From Planctomycetota bacterium (lineage in GTDB: Bacteria > Planctomycetota > GCA-002687715 > CAIWVZ01), in assembly GCA_044222185.1 (NCBI GenBank), contig JBGANV010000005.1, positions 160,001-224,000 on the forward strand: a DNA stretch of 64,000 nucleotides, read 5' to 3'. The position numbers and the translations under genes were made by a program. Shown in pieces: positions 38,761 to 48,509 of this stretch (within the stretch, counting starts at the first letter, position 1; each line of letters begins with the position of its first letter). Under the pieces are notes generated by a model that was not told where the DNA came from, did no database searches, and worked only from the letters and a program-made list of their open reading frames with translations.

Positions 38761-39324
38761 TCAGGCGAAGGTGCGTGCGACGAACTCGGCCTGAGCCGCG
38801 TTCAGCTCGGCGAGGAGATCGGCGAGCGGTTGCTTCGGGACCAGGCAGCGGAGCAGGTCGACGCTGCGCCCGGTGCGCAGCGCGGCACCGAGCCCGGGCC
38901 GCCGCATGAACGTGTTGGGCTGACGCACGAAGTGGTCGATCTCGGACCACGCGAGCGTCACGTTCCGATCGAGGCCGTAGGCTTTGATCCCCCGCTCGTT
39001 CACGACGATGCGCAGGCGGGCGGCGCGGATCGCGGCGACGCCGAACACCAGGCCGATGGCACCGTTCACCACGATCTGGAGATAGGCGTTGCGCCGAGAC
39101 CTGGCGGCCATGGCGTTCAACAGGTCGGCGTAGGGACCGCTGGGAACGATGACGTCGTCGCGCATCGCAGTGCTGATGACTCCGAACGAGGAGATCAGCA
39201 GATTGAACACGGCGACGCCGGTGAACGCGAACAGCACGAAGTTCCGGCGTCGCGGAACTCGGATCACCCGCTCCGCGGCTGGGGCCTGCGCGACTCCCGG
39301 GTTTGCCACTCCGCTCTGGTTCAC
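38761..39324 (-). CDS. Two-TM membrane protein with bacterial PH-like C-terminal domain
   Basis: Two TM helices followed by RLRIVVNERGI...TLAWSEI. Confidence 0.75.
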   Translation of the reverse strand: MNQSGVANPGVAQAPAAERVIRVPRRRNFVLFAFTGVAVFNLLISSFGVISTAMRDDVIVPSGPYADLLNAMAARSRRNAYLQIVVNGAIGLVFGVAAIRAARLRIVVNERGIKAYGLDRNVTLAWSEIDHFVRQPNTFMRRPGLGAALRTGRSVDLLRCLVPKQPLADLLAELNAAQAEFVARTFA

Positions 39325-39605
39325 TCAGCTCACTTCCCGGCTCGCGCGAGCCTCATTCAGCGCGACGACGATCGCGTGCGAACTGCCGCGGCCGAGTCGG
39401 GTCCCGAACAGCGGCTCGAGGCGACCGTCTTTCATCAGGGCGCATTCCTCGGCCGGGAGTCTATGCGGCATCCGGGAAGCCGGAAGGGCCGCGTGCGGTC
39501 GGCCGACGCACGAGTGAGCTGGGAGCCCGAACGCACGGAACTCGACGTCGCGCGTCAGCCGCCGACCCACATGGGTGCCGATGGGAATCCCTTGCTGGAT
39601 GTCAT
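39325..39605 (-). pseudogene. Probable remnant of a third PH-like paralog
   Basis: End LMKDGRLEPLFGTRL...IVVALNEAR resembles the neighbours' C-termini; no TM part; the coupled ATG at 39605 stops after 16 codons. Confidence 0.4.
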
Positions 39606-40270
39606 CGAAGTGTGCCACGCCGATGGTCGCGCTGCGCCTCGACGAGCGCCGCGACGACGCGATCGGAGGCTCGCTTCGGCAGCCAGATTCCGAGCAAGTC
39701 GACGGACCGGCCGTCCAGGAGCAGCGCGAACGGTCCGCCGCGGTCACCGCGGCATCGCTGTCCCGTCACGAAGCGATCGACTTCGTCCCAGCGGAGCGTG
39801 ACGTTCGCCAGGAGCGCGAAGCCACGGAGTCCCTCCGCATCGACGTGGATGCGCAGTCGCCCGGCACGGATGGCGAGGAAGCCGAACAGCAGCGCGAGGC
39901 CCGCGGCGCATCCGAGGAGCAGGCGGCCACGACGAACATCGTCGCCGCACCGCGCGCTGACGACGTCGGGAGGGTCCGGACCGAGGCCGCAGGCGCCGGC
40001 GCGATCGATCCGTGCCAGATCCTCGGCGATCCCCGGGATGACGTCGCGGACTCGTTCCACCAGTCTCTTCCTCGCATCGAGGAGATTCTCAGCACGACGC
40101 GCCTGCGCGAGGTCGTCGCGAAGCTGAACGGTCGTGACGACGACGGCCCCTACGCCGACGATCGCCGTGGCGAGGAAGAGATGCAGCATCACGTTCGTGC
40201 TGCGTGGTACGCGGATCTCCCGCGCGGGCTCACGCGAGACGACGGGCGACTCGATCGGCACGCCGCTCAA
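39602..40270 (-). CDS. Two-TM membrane protein with bacterial PH-like domain (paralog of 38761-39324); start uncertain (TTG 40270 or GTG 40261)
   Basis: EIRVPR, AIRAGRLRIHVDAEGL...NVTLRWDEVDRFV...GRSVDLL align with the paralog; GGAGG upstream. Confidence 0.7.
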   Translation of the reverse strand: MSGVPIESPVVSREPAREIRVPRSTNVMLHLFLATAIVGVGAVVVTTVQLRDDLAQARRAENLLDARKRLVERVRDVIPGIAEDLARIDRAGACGLGPDPPDVVSARCGDDVRRGRLLLGCAAGLALLFGFLAIRAGRLRIHVDAEGLRGFALLANVTLRWDEVDRFVTGQRCRGDRGGPFALLLDGRSVDLLGIWLPKRASDRVVAALVEAQRDHRRGTLR

Positions 40271-40521
40271 CGGGCTCCTCCGCGTCCCTTCCCCGGCAAG
40301 CCCTCCATTGGAAGACGTGCTCGGTGCTTCATCGCTGCGGACCGACTGCGGCGCCGAACGACACCTGCACGCGGAACGGACCTCTGGCTCGCCACGGGAT
40401 TCGAAACACCGGCACGACGGCGCCGGTGGGATCGGAGTGTTCCTGCCGCTGCGTTTCCATGGTTCCTCACGCCGAGCGCGAGCGTACTCCGATGGCGATC
40501 GCGCTGCAATCCGAGCGAAGG

Positions 40522-41032
40522 CGGAACGCCGCGTTCCAACGCGGCTGCACGGGCAGGGCTCCAGTCCTGCCCGGGAATGGCGACGGATCCTCTCGCAAGC
40601 GCGAAAGGACGCCGCGCTCGGTCGCGAGTGAACGGCTTTCCGCGTTCGGGCGAGTCCGGAGGCCTCGCCGGCCAGCCGGGCTGGAGCCCGGCGCTCCCGC
40701 AAACGTCGGCAGCGCAATCGCGCGAACGACGCGCGACGGTTCGCCCGGTCGCGAGTGAATGGCTTTCCGCGTTCGGGCGAGTCCGGAGGCCTCGCCGGCC
40801 GGCCGGGCTGGAGCCCGGCGCTCCGGAACGCCGCGTTCCAACGCGGCTGGACGGGCTGGGCTCCAGCCCTGCCCGGGAATGGCGACGGGTTCTCTCGCAA
40901 GCGCGAAAGGACGCCGCGCCCGGTCGCGAGTGAACGGCTCTCCGCGTTCAGGCGAGTCCGGAGGCCTCGCCGGCTAGCCGGGCTGGAGCCCGGCGCTCCG
41001 GAACGCGGCGTTTCGGGCGCGGCTGGACGGGC
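40522..41032. repeat. REP/BIME-like composite palindromic repeat cluster
   Basis: Unit A (~96 bp) at 40522-40617 and 40824-40919; unit B (79 bp) at 40619-40697, 40746-40824, 40921-40999; core palindrome GCCGGGCT-GG-AGCCCGGC. Confidence 0.85.
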
Positions 41033-41053
41033 GTTTGGCATACTCGCGCGGCC

Positions 41054-41731
41054 ATGTGCGGACGCACGACGCTCATCCATCCTGATCCCATCGACCTGCG
41101 CGCCGTATTCGGACTCGAGGTCGACCCGCCCGACGACATGCCCTCGCGGTTCAACATCGCGCCGACGCAGGCGATGCCGGTCGTCACGGGGGGACACCCG
41201 CGGCAGCTCTCGCTTTTCCGGTGGGGACTCATCCCGTCCTGGGCCAAGGACCCATCCATCGGAAACAAGATGATCAACGCTCGCGCCGAGACGATCGCCG
41301 AGAAGCCGTCGTTCCGGACGGCGCTGCGGAAACGCCGTTGCCTCGTCGTCGCCGACGGCTGGTACGAGTGGCAACAGACCCCCGACGGCAAGCAGCCGTG
41401 GCACTTCCGCCGCAAGGACGGCAAGCCGTTCGGCCTCGCGGGCCTCTGGGAAGTCTGGAAGAGCGAGAACGGCGAGATGGTCCACAGTTGCACCATCGTG
41501 ACGACGTCGCCCAACGCGATCGCCGCGCCGATCCACGACCGGATGCCCGTCGTCCTGCCACCGAAGGCGTTCGACCTGTGGCTGGGTGAAGTGGACGTGG
41601 AACTCGGGGAGCTGCTGAAGCTTCTGGTGCCTTCCGATCCCGAGGATCTGATCGTCTACCCGGTGTCGAAGGCCGTGAACAACGCGCGCCGGGACGACTC
41701 GGAATGCGTCCGTCCGCTGGACGCAGGCTGA
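41054..41731 (+). CDS. SOS response-associated peptidase (SRAP/YedK/HMCES family)
   Basis: N-terminal MCGR, RFNIAPTQ, WGLIPSW, INARAET, GWYEW, IHDRMPV. Confidence 0.95.
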   Translation: MCGRTTLIHPDPIDLRAVFGLEVDPPDDMPSRFNIAPTQAMPVVTGGHPRQLSLFRWGLIPSWAKDPSIGNKMINARAETIAEKPSFRTALRKRRCLVVADGWYEWQQTPDGKQPWHFRRKDGKPFGLAGLWEVWKSENGEMVHSCTIVTTSPNAIAAPIHDRMPVVLPPKAFDLWLGEVDVELGELLKLLVPSDPEDLIVYPVSKAVNNARRDDSECVRPLDAG

Positions 41732-41855
41732 GGCTGGAGCCCGAGGGAACGGTGCCTCTCCCCCACCGGGAACATCCGGGGCACGGCCCGCGTTCTGCGT
41801 AGACTGCGCGCCTCGAGAGGCGCGCGAACCCGCCTCGAGAAGGAGTCATCCGACC

Positions 41856-42413
41856 ATGAAACGAACCCTGTCGATCGTCGCGCTCGCCCTCGCCGTCATC
41901 GCCCCCACGCTCTCCGCCCAGAAGATGGGGATGAGCAACAACAACGCCCCGACGTGCACGTCCGCCATCGCATTCGGCGAGAAGGGCTCCGTCGAGATCA
42001 AGTACACGGCCATCACCTGGGGCGCCGGCGCCTGGGCGAAGCAGATCACCGATCCGCAGCGCGGCGAGCGCATGCGCGACCGCATCAACAAGACCGCCGA
42101 GGCGCAGCCGCTCGGCGAGCTGAAGGCTTCAGCCGACGTCACCATCGGCGGCAAGAAGGTCGCCGCGGGCACGTACAAGCTCTACTTCACGGTCGACAAG
42201 GACGCGAAGTGGACGCTCGTCCTCGCGGGCAAGGAGTCGAAGATCGAGTGGCTCCTCGACCTGAAGGAAGGTACGGAGAACAGCCGCCTCGGACTGGCGC
42301 TCGCCGCGGGCAAGGAAGACGACACGGGCGAGTTCACCGTGCAGTTCGGCAAGATGAACTGCAAGATCGCCTGCTCGGCGGGCGCCGCCGCCGAGAAGAA
42401 GGAAGCGAAGTGA
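41856..42413 (+). CDS. Exported DUF2911-like protein
   Basis: AAGGAG SD; signal peptide; DVTIGGKKVAAGTYKLY..WTLVL. Confidence 0.7.
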   Translation: MKRTLSIVALALAVIAPTLSAQKMGMSNNNAPTCTSAIAFGEKGSVEIKYTAITWGAGAWAKQITDPQRGERMRDRINKTAEAQPLGELKASADVTIGGKKVAAGTYKLYFTVDKDAKWTLVLAGKESKIEWLLDLKEGTENSRLGLALAAGKEDDTGEFTVQFGKMNCKIACSAGAAAEKKEAK

Positions 42414-42425
42414 CGCGTCGGCGCG

Positions 42426-43196
42426 TCACGCGCCGATGAAGAACGTCCGCGCGTTCGAGACCGCGAACCCGCCCGGTGCAGCAGTATCGAGGACGAGCGC
42501 CTGGAAGGCCCCTTGGATCCCGGCGAGGTTCACGAGCTGCGGGATCGGGAAGTTGAACGTCGTCGTGCCACCGGCTCCCAGCGTCTGGGGGCCGGTCGGC
42601 GTCAGGCCGAGCCCGATCAACGCGTTGAGCGCCACCGGCTCGAGGAAGAGCGAGCACGTCGTCGAGATGGGCGTCGCCGCAGCCGTGCCCGTCGAGAGGA
42701 AGAGGTAGGCCGCGGCTCCCGCAGGCCCCGTCCCGACCGTGAAGCCGAACGTCGCGTTGCCGATCTTCGGCAGGCCGTTGGCCGTGAGCGTGAGCGCGCC
42801 CGTGCTCGTGTTGCAGCCCGTCCCCACGGCGACGCTCGTCGCCGGTTGCAGCACGTGGATCGTTCCCGTCATGCCGTTCCCGAAGTGCGGCTGGCAGTGA
42901 TAGGGGAACGTTCCCAGCGTCGTGAACGTGCGCGAGAACGGCGTGTTCGGATTGATCGACGCGTTGAACAGCGATCCCGCACCCGCCGCCGACGGCCCCG
43001 TGCCCGACGTGACCGTGTGATTCTGCGACTGCGCGATCCACTGGATCGTGTCATTCACGGGGATGATGGTCGTGCTCGTACCGGTGCCGACGTCCGTGAA
43101 GGTGCAGCACACGGCGTTCACGACGTGTGTCGACTGGGCCGGCGCAACGGATGACAGGGCGATGATTGTGAGCGCGAGGGCGGTGATCGGTCTCAT
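42426..43196 (-). CDS. Secreted cupredoxin (plastocyanin/azurin-like) with C-terminal domain
   Basis: Signal peptide; HTVT...YHCQPH...MTG type-1 copper ligands. Confidence 0.85.
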   Translation of the reverse strand: MRPITALALTIIALSSVAPAQSTHVVNAVCCTFTDVGTGTSTTIIPVNDTIQWIAQSQNHTVTSGTGPSAAGAGSLFNASINPNTPFSRTFTTLGTFPYHCQPHFGNGMTGTIHVLQPATSVAVGTGCNTSTGALTLTANGLPKIGNATFGFTVGTGPAGAAAYLFLSTGTAAATPISTTCSLFLEPVALNALIGLGLTPTGPQTLGAGGTTTFNFPIPQLVNLAGIQGAFQALVLDTAAPGGFAVSNARTFFIGA

Positions 43197-43525
43197 GTGG
43201 GGGTCTCTCTCCGTGGATGGGGGCGACGCAGGCGGTCCGTGAGCCCGCGGGGACGGGTACGTCTCGGTCCAGCGCACGATCGGCGACTGCATGGCGACAC
43301 GTTCGCAACTCGTGTGCCGCAGCTCCCCCGGGGATGAGGAGGGCCCGATCCTACCTCAGGCCCTACCGCCGTCGACCGCCGCGAAGCCGCGGCGATCGAC
43401 GCGAAAACAGCCCGGGCGGGGCCGGCGGAGAGGCCAGAGATTCCGCCGGTTCACGGGTCGCCCTGAGCGATCGGGTCAACCCGCCCGCCGTAAACGCGTT
43501 GCCCCCTGTCAACGTCACCGAGCGT

Positions 43526-45274
43526 TCAGTGAACGTCCAGGAGAACCGCATTCGAGACACGGAACGCGCCGTCATGGACGACGAACTGGAGCGCCGCCTG
43601 GAGCGGGAACGGTATTCCGCCGGGCACCGTGAATGACCAGGGCGCGGGCGTCGCCCCGGGAATCACCGCTGCCGGATTCGAGGGTGAGAAGCTGTCGGCG
43701 AAGAGGAACAGATTCGGCTGAGTGGGGGCGAGGACCGACGGAGTGAAACAGAGAGTGCCGATCTGAGGGAACACGCCGTACACGTCCGCAGGTCCGGGGA
43801 CTCCGGCGGCCCCGAACCCGAGGAACGGCACGCCCGTGTGGTTCGGCGTCGGTGCGACGGAGAACGTGAGCGTTTGCGAGAGCGCGACGTCCACGCGCCG
43901 TGGCTTGCCGCCGGAAGACCCGTTGATCGTGAGGATGTTCGCGCCAGCGTTCCCAGCCGCGCACGACTGCAGGAACGCTCCGAACGACACGACGTAGTAG
44001 GTGCCCGTGTTGGACCCGACCGCCGGTGGGTCCGTTCGCGGCGCACCGACGATGATGTCGTCGAATCCGTCGTTGTCGGCGTCCCCCGCACCGTCGACGC
44101 TGTATCCCATGAGGTCGTCCTGCGCGAAACCCGTGATGCGTCCCAGTTCCTGTCCGGTCGTGCCGTCATAGACGAACGCCGCGCCGCAGTTCGTGTTGGG
44201 GACGTCGTGGCCCGGAACGGCCGCGACGATGTCCGGCACGCCATCACCGTTGACGTCACCCGCACTCTTGACGAGTCGCCCCAGGGCCTCAGTCGTCACT
44301 TCGCCGAAGATGGAATAGAGGGGCAAGCGAGTGGCCCCGGAGAAGACCCGGATCATGCCGGAATCAGTGCCGCCGCCGTCGCTCCCCGTGGCGCCCACCG
44401 CGTAATCGGAGATCCCATCGCCATTCACGTCGCCGATCCTTCCTGCCGACACTCCGAGGAAGTCGCTCGGCGCGTCGCCATAGTTGACGGTGAGGAGCCC
44501 CCCCGTGGCGCCCGAGTAGACGTAAAAGGCGCCGGTGTCCGTGCCGGCGGGCCCGTCGGCGAGTCGCGCGCCGACCCCGTAGTCCGGGATGGAATCGCCG
44601 TCGATGTCGCCGAGCCCGAGCACGGAATAGCCGTACGCCTCGCCGGTGATGGGCCCGGTGTGCGCGCGCAGCACGAGCCCCGTGGCGCCCGAATAGATCG
44701 TGGCTGAGTTCCCCGCATCACCGCCGCCGGTGATGAAATCCGCACGCCCGTCCAGATCGAAGTCTCCAAGCGGTGATGCCTGGCTCTGCGAGAGCGAACT
44801 CTGACCGCCCAGGGGCTTCTGGTGAATCAGGCTCCCCGTGGCGCCCGAGTAGACGAACACGGCGGGGATGAACGGTCCGGGGCCGGTCGGCAACGGCGGC
44901 GTCGTCATGGGAGCAATCACCATGATGTCCGGCCGGCCGTCCCCATCGACGTCGCCCGGACTGCCGAAGGCGCGTCCGAGCATGGCGCCATTGGCCGGTC
45001 CTTGGAACGTGTACAGAACGGCCCACGTCGCGCCCGAAATTACATAGGCGATCCCGCCCTGCGACGTGTTGTTCGCCGCGACGTGCTGCGGCGCGCCCAC
45101 GATGAAATCCCGAGTGCCGTCGTTGTCGACGTCAGGAAGCCCGCCCACGCCCATTCCCAGGAAATCGCCGGCGACGAACCCGTCGCCCGAGTGGATCACA
45201 TGGGGCGCCTGTCCCAGGCCCGTCACCCCGATCCACGCCACGAACGCCGCGACCTGTACGCTGATTGACCTCAT
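43526..45274 (-). CDS. Secreted FG-GAP (integrin-alpha-like) beta-propeller protein with C-terminal domain
   Basis: Seven GDV.GDG..D...GA...YSGATG repeats after a signal peptide. Confidence 0.88.
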   Translation of the reverse strand: MRSISVQVAAFVAWIGVTGLGQAPHVIHSGDGFVAGDFLGMGVGGLPDVDNDGTRDFIVGAPQHVAANNTSQGGIAYVISGATWAVLYTFQGPANGAMLGRAFGSPGDVDGDGRPDIMVIAPMTTPPLPTGPGPFIPAVFVYSGATGSLIHQKPLGGQSSLSQSQASPLGDFDLDGRADFITGGGDAGNSATIYSGATGLVLRAHTGPITGEAYGYSVLGLGDIDGDSIPDYGVGARLADGPAGTDTGAFYVYSGATGGLLTVNYGDAPSDFLGVSAGRIGDVNGDGISDYAVGATGSDGGGTDSGMIRVFSGATRLPLYSIFGEVTTEALGRLVKSAGDVNGDGVPDIVAAVPGHDVPNTNCGAAFVYDGTTGQELGRITGFAQDDLMGYSVDGAGDADNDGFDDIIVGAPRTDPPAVGSNTGTYYVVSFGAFLQSCAAGNAGANILTINGSSGGKPRRVDVALSQTLTFSVAPTPNHTGVPFLGFGAAGVPGPADVYGVFPQIGTLCFTPSVLAPTQPNLFLFADSFSPSNPAAVIPGATPAPWSFTVPGGIPFPLQAALQFVVHDGAFRVSNAVLLDVH

Positions 45275-45413
45275 GATGACCTCGCTCGAACTCATCCACG
45301 TGGCAGCGGACCACCAGCAGGGGCTCGTGGCCACCGGAACGCGCCCGGGGCCGAGCCCCGTCCGACGGCCGGGCATCATGCCATGAAAAACACGCCCTGG
45401 TGGATCCTGCGAC

Positions 45414-48400
45414 TCAGCAGACGACGGCTTCGCGCACGCGCTCGAGCCGCCGTCGAGGATCGGCGGGCCCCAGCAGGGAAAGGGTGCGCACCGCCCGTGC
45501 GCAGATTCCGGCGGCGCGGGTGATGGCCCGCGCCGACTGCCACGCTGCAATCGATCGATCCACGAAGCGGTCGTCATCGGTCACGAGCGCCAGGCCGGCG
45601 AGCGCCAGGGCCTTCGCCTCGAAGGCTCGCCAGTTGCGGTCGCAATCCGTCGTGAGGGCGTCGGCCTTCGCAAGCGACGACTCGAACGCTGCGCGCGCAC
45701 GAGCGGGATCCTTGGCGCGCAGGGCGATCACGCCATCGAGGGCCAGAACGAGGTGGTTCGTCCGAGGCACGTTCAGCTTGAGCGCCGGGTCGAGCGCCAC
45801 CCGCGCCGACGTCAGATCGCCCGTGCAAAGGTGCGCTCGGGCCAGGCCCGCGCGAGCCAGGACCGCGAACTGGGGATTGACCGTCTCGTCGGCGATCGTC
45901 GCCGCGTCCGTGAATGCCGCGATCGCCGCCTCCCATTCCTCGCCATCGGCCAGGATCTCGCCGATGTAGGTCTGGCAGACCGACTCGCCATAGCGGAACT
46001 TCTCCGCCACGGCGGCCTTCCTCGACTCCTCGCACAACTTCAGCGCCGTCGCGCGGTCGCCCAGATCGTTCGTCCGCGCGCCGAGGTTGGCGCGTGCGAT
46101 CAGGGCACCCGTGGCGTTCTTCGCCTCGATGTCGATGTTCAACGCCTCTTCATGGGTCTTCGCCGCACGCTCCATCTCGCCCAGATCCGCGAGGACGAAT
46201 GCAAGGTTGTTCAGGAGCGAGCCGTCCGTGACGTGGTCGCCGAGCTCTCGCACGCCGCGCACGGCGGACTCGAAGAGAGCGGCTGCCATGTGGGGCTGCC
46301 CGAGGTCCCCGTAGACGTTCGCCACCTCGCCCGTGACGGCCGACCTGTCCCACTTGCGCCGCACCGCGACGTCGGGATCCGCCGATGTGACGCCCGCCTC
46401 GGCGAGATCGAGCGCGACCTTCAAGGCTTCGAGCGCGTCGATGTAGCGAGCAATCCGGTACCAGGCCCAGCCGAGCATGCGGTGGCAGACGATCCGGAGT
46501 TCGTCGTTCGTCACGCCGCCGACGGCACGGCGGAACAAGTCGATGACGAGCCGGTAGTAGCCCCACCGATCCAGGTCCCACGCGATGTCGAGCAAGGCCT
46601 GCGCAGCCATGTCGCCGTCATGGCCCGCCAACCGCAGCTCGAACTCGGCGATCTGCGGAGCCACGTCGTCGATGGACGTCCACGTCTCGCGCGGTTTGCG
46701 GACCTGGTGGAAGTACCCGGCGCCGCGATGGAGGAGCGCGTACTGCGTGAACGGCGGATCGTCTTCGATCCGACGATCCTCCGGCTTGCCCACGGGAATG
46801 CGCCGGAACGCGTAGGCGCGGTCGACGGGGTGAACGTAGTAGCGATTCTTGTCCTTGCTCGCGAAGTGCATGACGACGAGGCGATTGAGCACCGCCGTGC
46901 TGTCCTGACCGGGCGCATGCGGCTTGAGGAGGAAGTCCACGGCCGCTGGCGTGGCCGGCCGCCCGAAGATCGCGAGCGCCTGCATCACGCGCTCGGCCGC
47001 GGTATCGAGGCGGTTGAACGCCTCGCCGACGAGCGCCTCGACGACGTTCTCGGGAAGCAACTGCCGCGTGTCGCCGAGGATCTCCTGCAAGGTCGTGTAG
47101 CGGTCCGCCGAAAGGATGGCGTAGAGGGCCTCGAGCGCGCGGGGATAACCCTGCGTGCGCCGCCGTGCTTCATCGAGCAGGGCCGGCGGGCCGTCGCGGA
47201 GCCCGAGCGACCCATCCGCATCCATCTGCTGGAGCAGCCGCTCGGCGTACGGCGACTCCAACCCCTTGTCGAGCTCCAGCCGGGCCTGCCGGCCCGGTTG
47301 AACGAGCATGAGATCCCTCGGCGCGAGCCGCGTCGTGATGATCACCTTCACGCCGTGATGCGGAGCGTTCAGGTGCGCGCGGAGCGCCTCGCTCAGCTCG
47401 GGATCTCGAATCGCGGTCGTCGTCGGGTCGACGATGTCCTCGAAGTTGTCCATCAGGAGCAGCGTGCGTCCTTGGGGGAACGCCCCGAGAAGCAACCGCA
47501 TCTTCTGGTCCGTCGTCGTCTGCGGGTCCTTGTGCGCCACGGCCATCTGGGCGGCGACGGGTTCGGGCAGCAACTTGCAGAGATCGCTGAAGACGTTGGG
47601 GACGGTGATGCGGCGCGCGCCCTCGGAGCTCAGATAGACGATGCCGTCCACGTCGATCGTCTCGCCGCCATCTGGCATCTGTCCGTTCTCGAGCGCCTTC
47701 AGGACGCGGCAGACCATCGCCGTCTTGCCGACGCCGGGTCGTCCGACGACGACCAGGAGGCGGCGCGAGTCGTCCTTCAAGAAGTCCCCCACGAGCTTCG
47801 TTTCCACGTGGCGGTCCTGGAAGTAGATCGGCGCGATGCTCGGTGGAGGGTTGATGAACCGGAGCGACGCGGAGCCGCGCGCGGGCGTCGTCGCATTGCG
47901 TTCATGTGCGAACCCACGACTGATCACCTCGTCCACGCGAGCCGCCGCGGCCTTCGGGTCGGCCAGGACGCGACTCAGCTCTGCGGATTGCCGCTCGAGA
48001 TCGGCGATCTCCGCTCGGACCCGCGCCTCGGATGCCGGATCGTTCGCGCGGCGTAGATCGCGCTCGGCATCCTTCATCCGCTCGCGCATCCCCTGAAGAA
48101 CGCCTTCGGGCGAGCGTCGCCATGCGAGGTCGGCGACGAGCTTCGCCACGCCCTTGTCGAAGTCGCCCGTGAAGTTCACGTGCTGGCGGCCATCGAGCCG
48201 GAATGGCATCTCCGCATCCCTGTGCACGAGCAACGGAAGGATCGGCTTCTTGTACTTCAGGCCCCGCGACCACTCCTGAGTGCAGACGGAGCGGTCGTCG
48301 ACACTGTCCCGCGTCATGACGAACAGGACGGTCTCGCACTCGCGGATCGCGTCCACGAGCTGTCCGTCCCAGCGGTAGCCGACCCTCAGCCGCTCCTTGT

Positions 48401-48509
48401 CGAGCCAGGTGGTCTCGGGCGGAGTCGCCGCGGCAAGCGCCGCGCACAGCCGTTGCGCGAACTCGAAGCCGTCCACGGCCGAGTAGCTCACGAAATGATG
48501 GGTAGTCAT
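45414..48509 (-). CDS. TIR - coiled coil - STAND (NB-ARC-like) NTPase - TPR protein
   Basis: FVSYS, WLDK, CTQEW (TIR); GRPGVGKT, LLLMDNFE, IITTR, GYPRAL, VHP (STAND); C-terminal TPR helices. Confidence 0.88.
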   Translation of the reverse strand: MTTHHFVSYSAVDGFEFAQRLCAALAAATPPETTWLDKERLRVGYRWDGQLVDAIRECETVLFVMTRDSVDDRSVCTQEWSRGLKYKKPILPLLVHRDAEMPFRLDGRQHVNFTGDFDKGVAKLVADLAWRRSPEGVLQGMRERMKDAERDLRRANDPASEARVRAEIADLERQSAELSRVLADPKAAAARVDEVISRGFAHERNATTPARGSASLRFINPPPSIAPIYFQDRHVETKLVGDFLKDDSRRLLVVVGRPGVGKTAMVCRVLKALENGQMPDGGETIDVDGIVYLSSEGARRITVPNVFSDLCKLLPEPVAAQMAVAHKDPQTTTDQKMRLLLGAFPQGRTLLLMDNFEDIVDPTTTAIRDPELSEALRAHLNAPHHGVKVIITTRLAPRDLMLVQPGRQARLELDKGLESPYAERLLQQMDADGSLGLRDGPPALLDEARRRTQGYPRALEALYAILSADRYTTLQEILGDTRQLLPENVVEALVGEAFNRLDTAAERVMQALAIFGRPATPAAVDFLLKPHAPGQDSTAVLNRLVVMHFASKDKNRYYVHPVDRAYAFRRIPVGKPEDRRIEDDPPFTQYALLHRGAGYFHQVRKPRETWTSIDDVAPQIAEFELRLAGHDGDMAAQALLDIAWDLDRWGYYRLVIDLFRRAVGGVTNDELRIVCHRMLGWAWYRIARYIDALEALKVALDLAEAGVTSADPDVAVRRKWDRSAVTGEVANVYGDLGQPHMAAALFESAVRGVRELGDHVTDGSLLNNLAFVLADLGEMERAAKTHEEALNIDIEAKNATGALIARANLGARTNDLGDRATALKLCEESRKAAVAEKFRYGESVCQTYIGEILADGEEWEAAIAAFTDAATIADETVNPQFAVLARAGLARAHLCTGDLTSARVALDPALKLNVPRTNHLVLALDGVIALRAKDPARARAAFESSLAKADALTTDCDRNWRAFEAKALALAGLALVTDDDRFVDRSIAAWQSARAITRAAGICARAVRTLSLLGPADPRRRLERVREAVVC

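Noticed and set aside
40522-41032. CRISPR array
   Set aside because: Units are 79-96 bp, abut each other without regular unique spacers, and no cas genes are present
39575-41536. Long ORFs spanning the repeat cluster (39575..40933 +, 5' part of 39602..41536 -)
   Set aside because: Arg/Pro/Ala-rich translation of palindromic repeats and antisense of SRAP; only the last ~220 codons of the minus ORF look like a real protein
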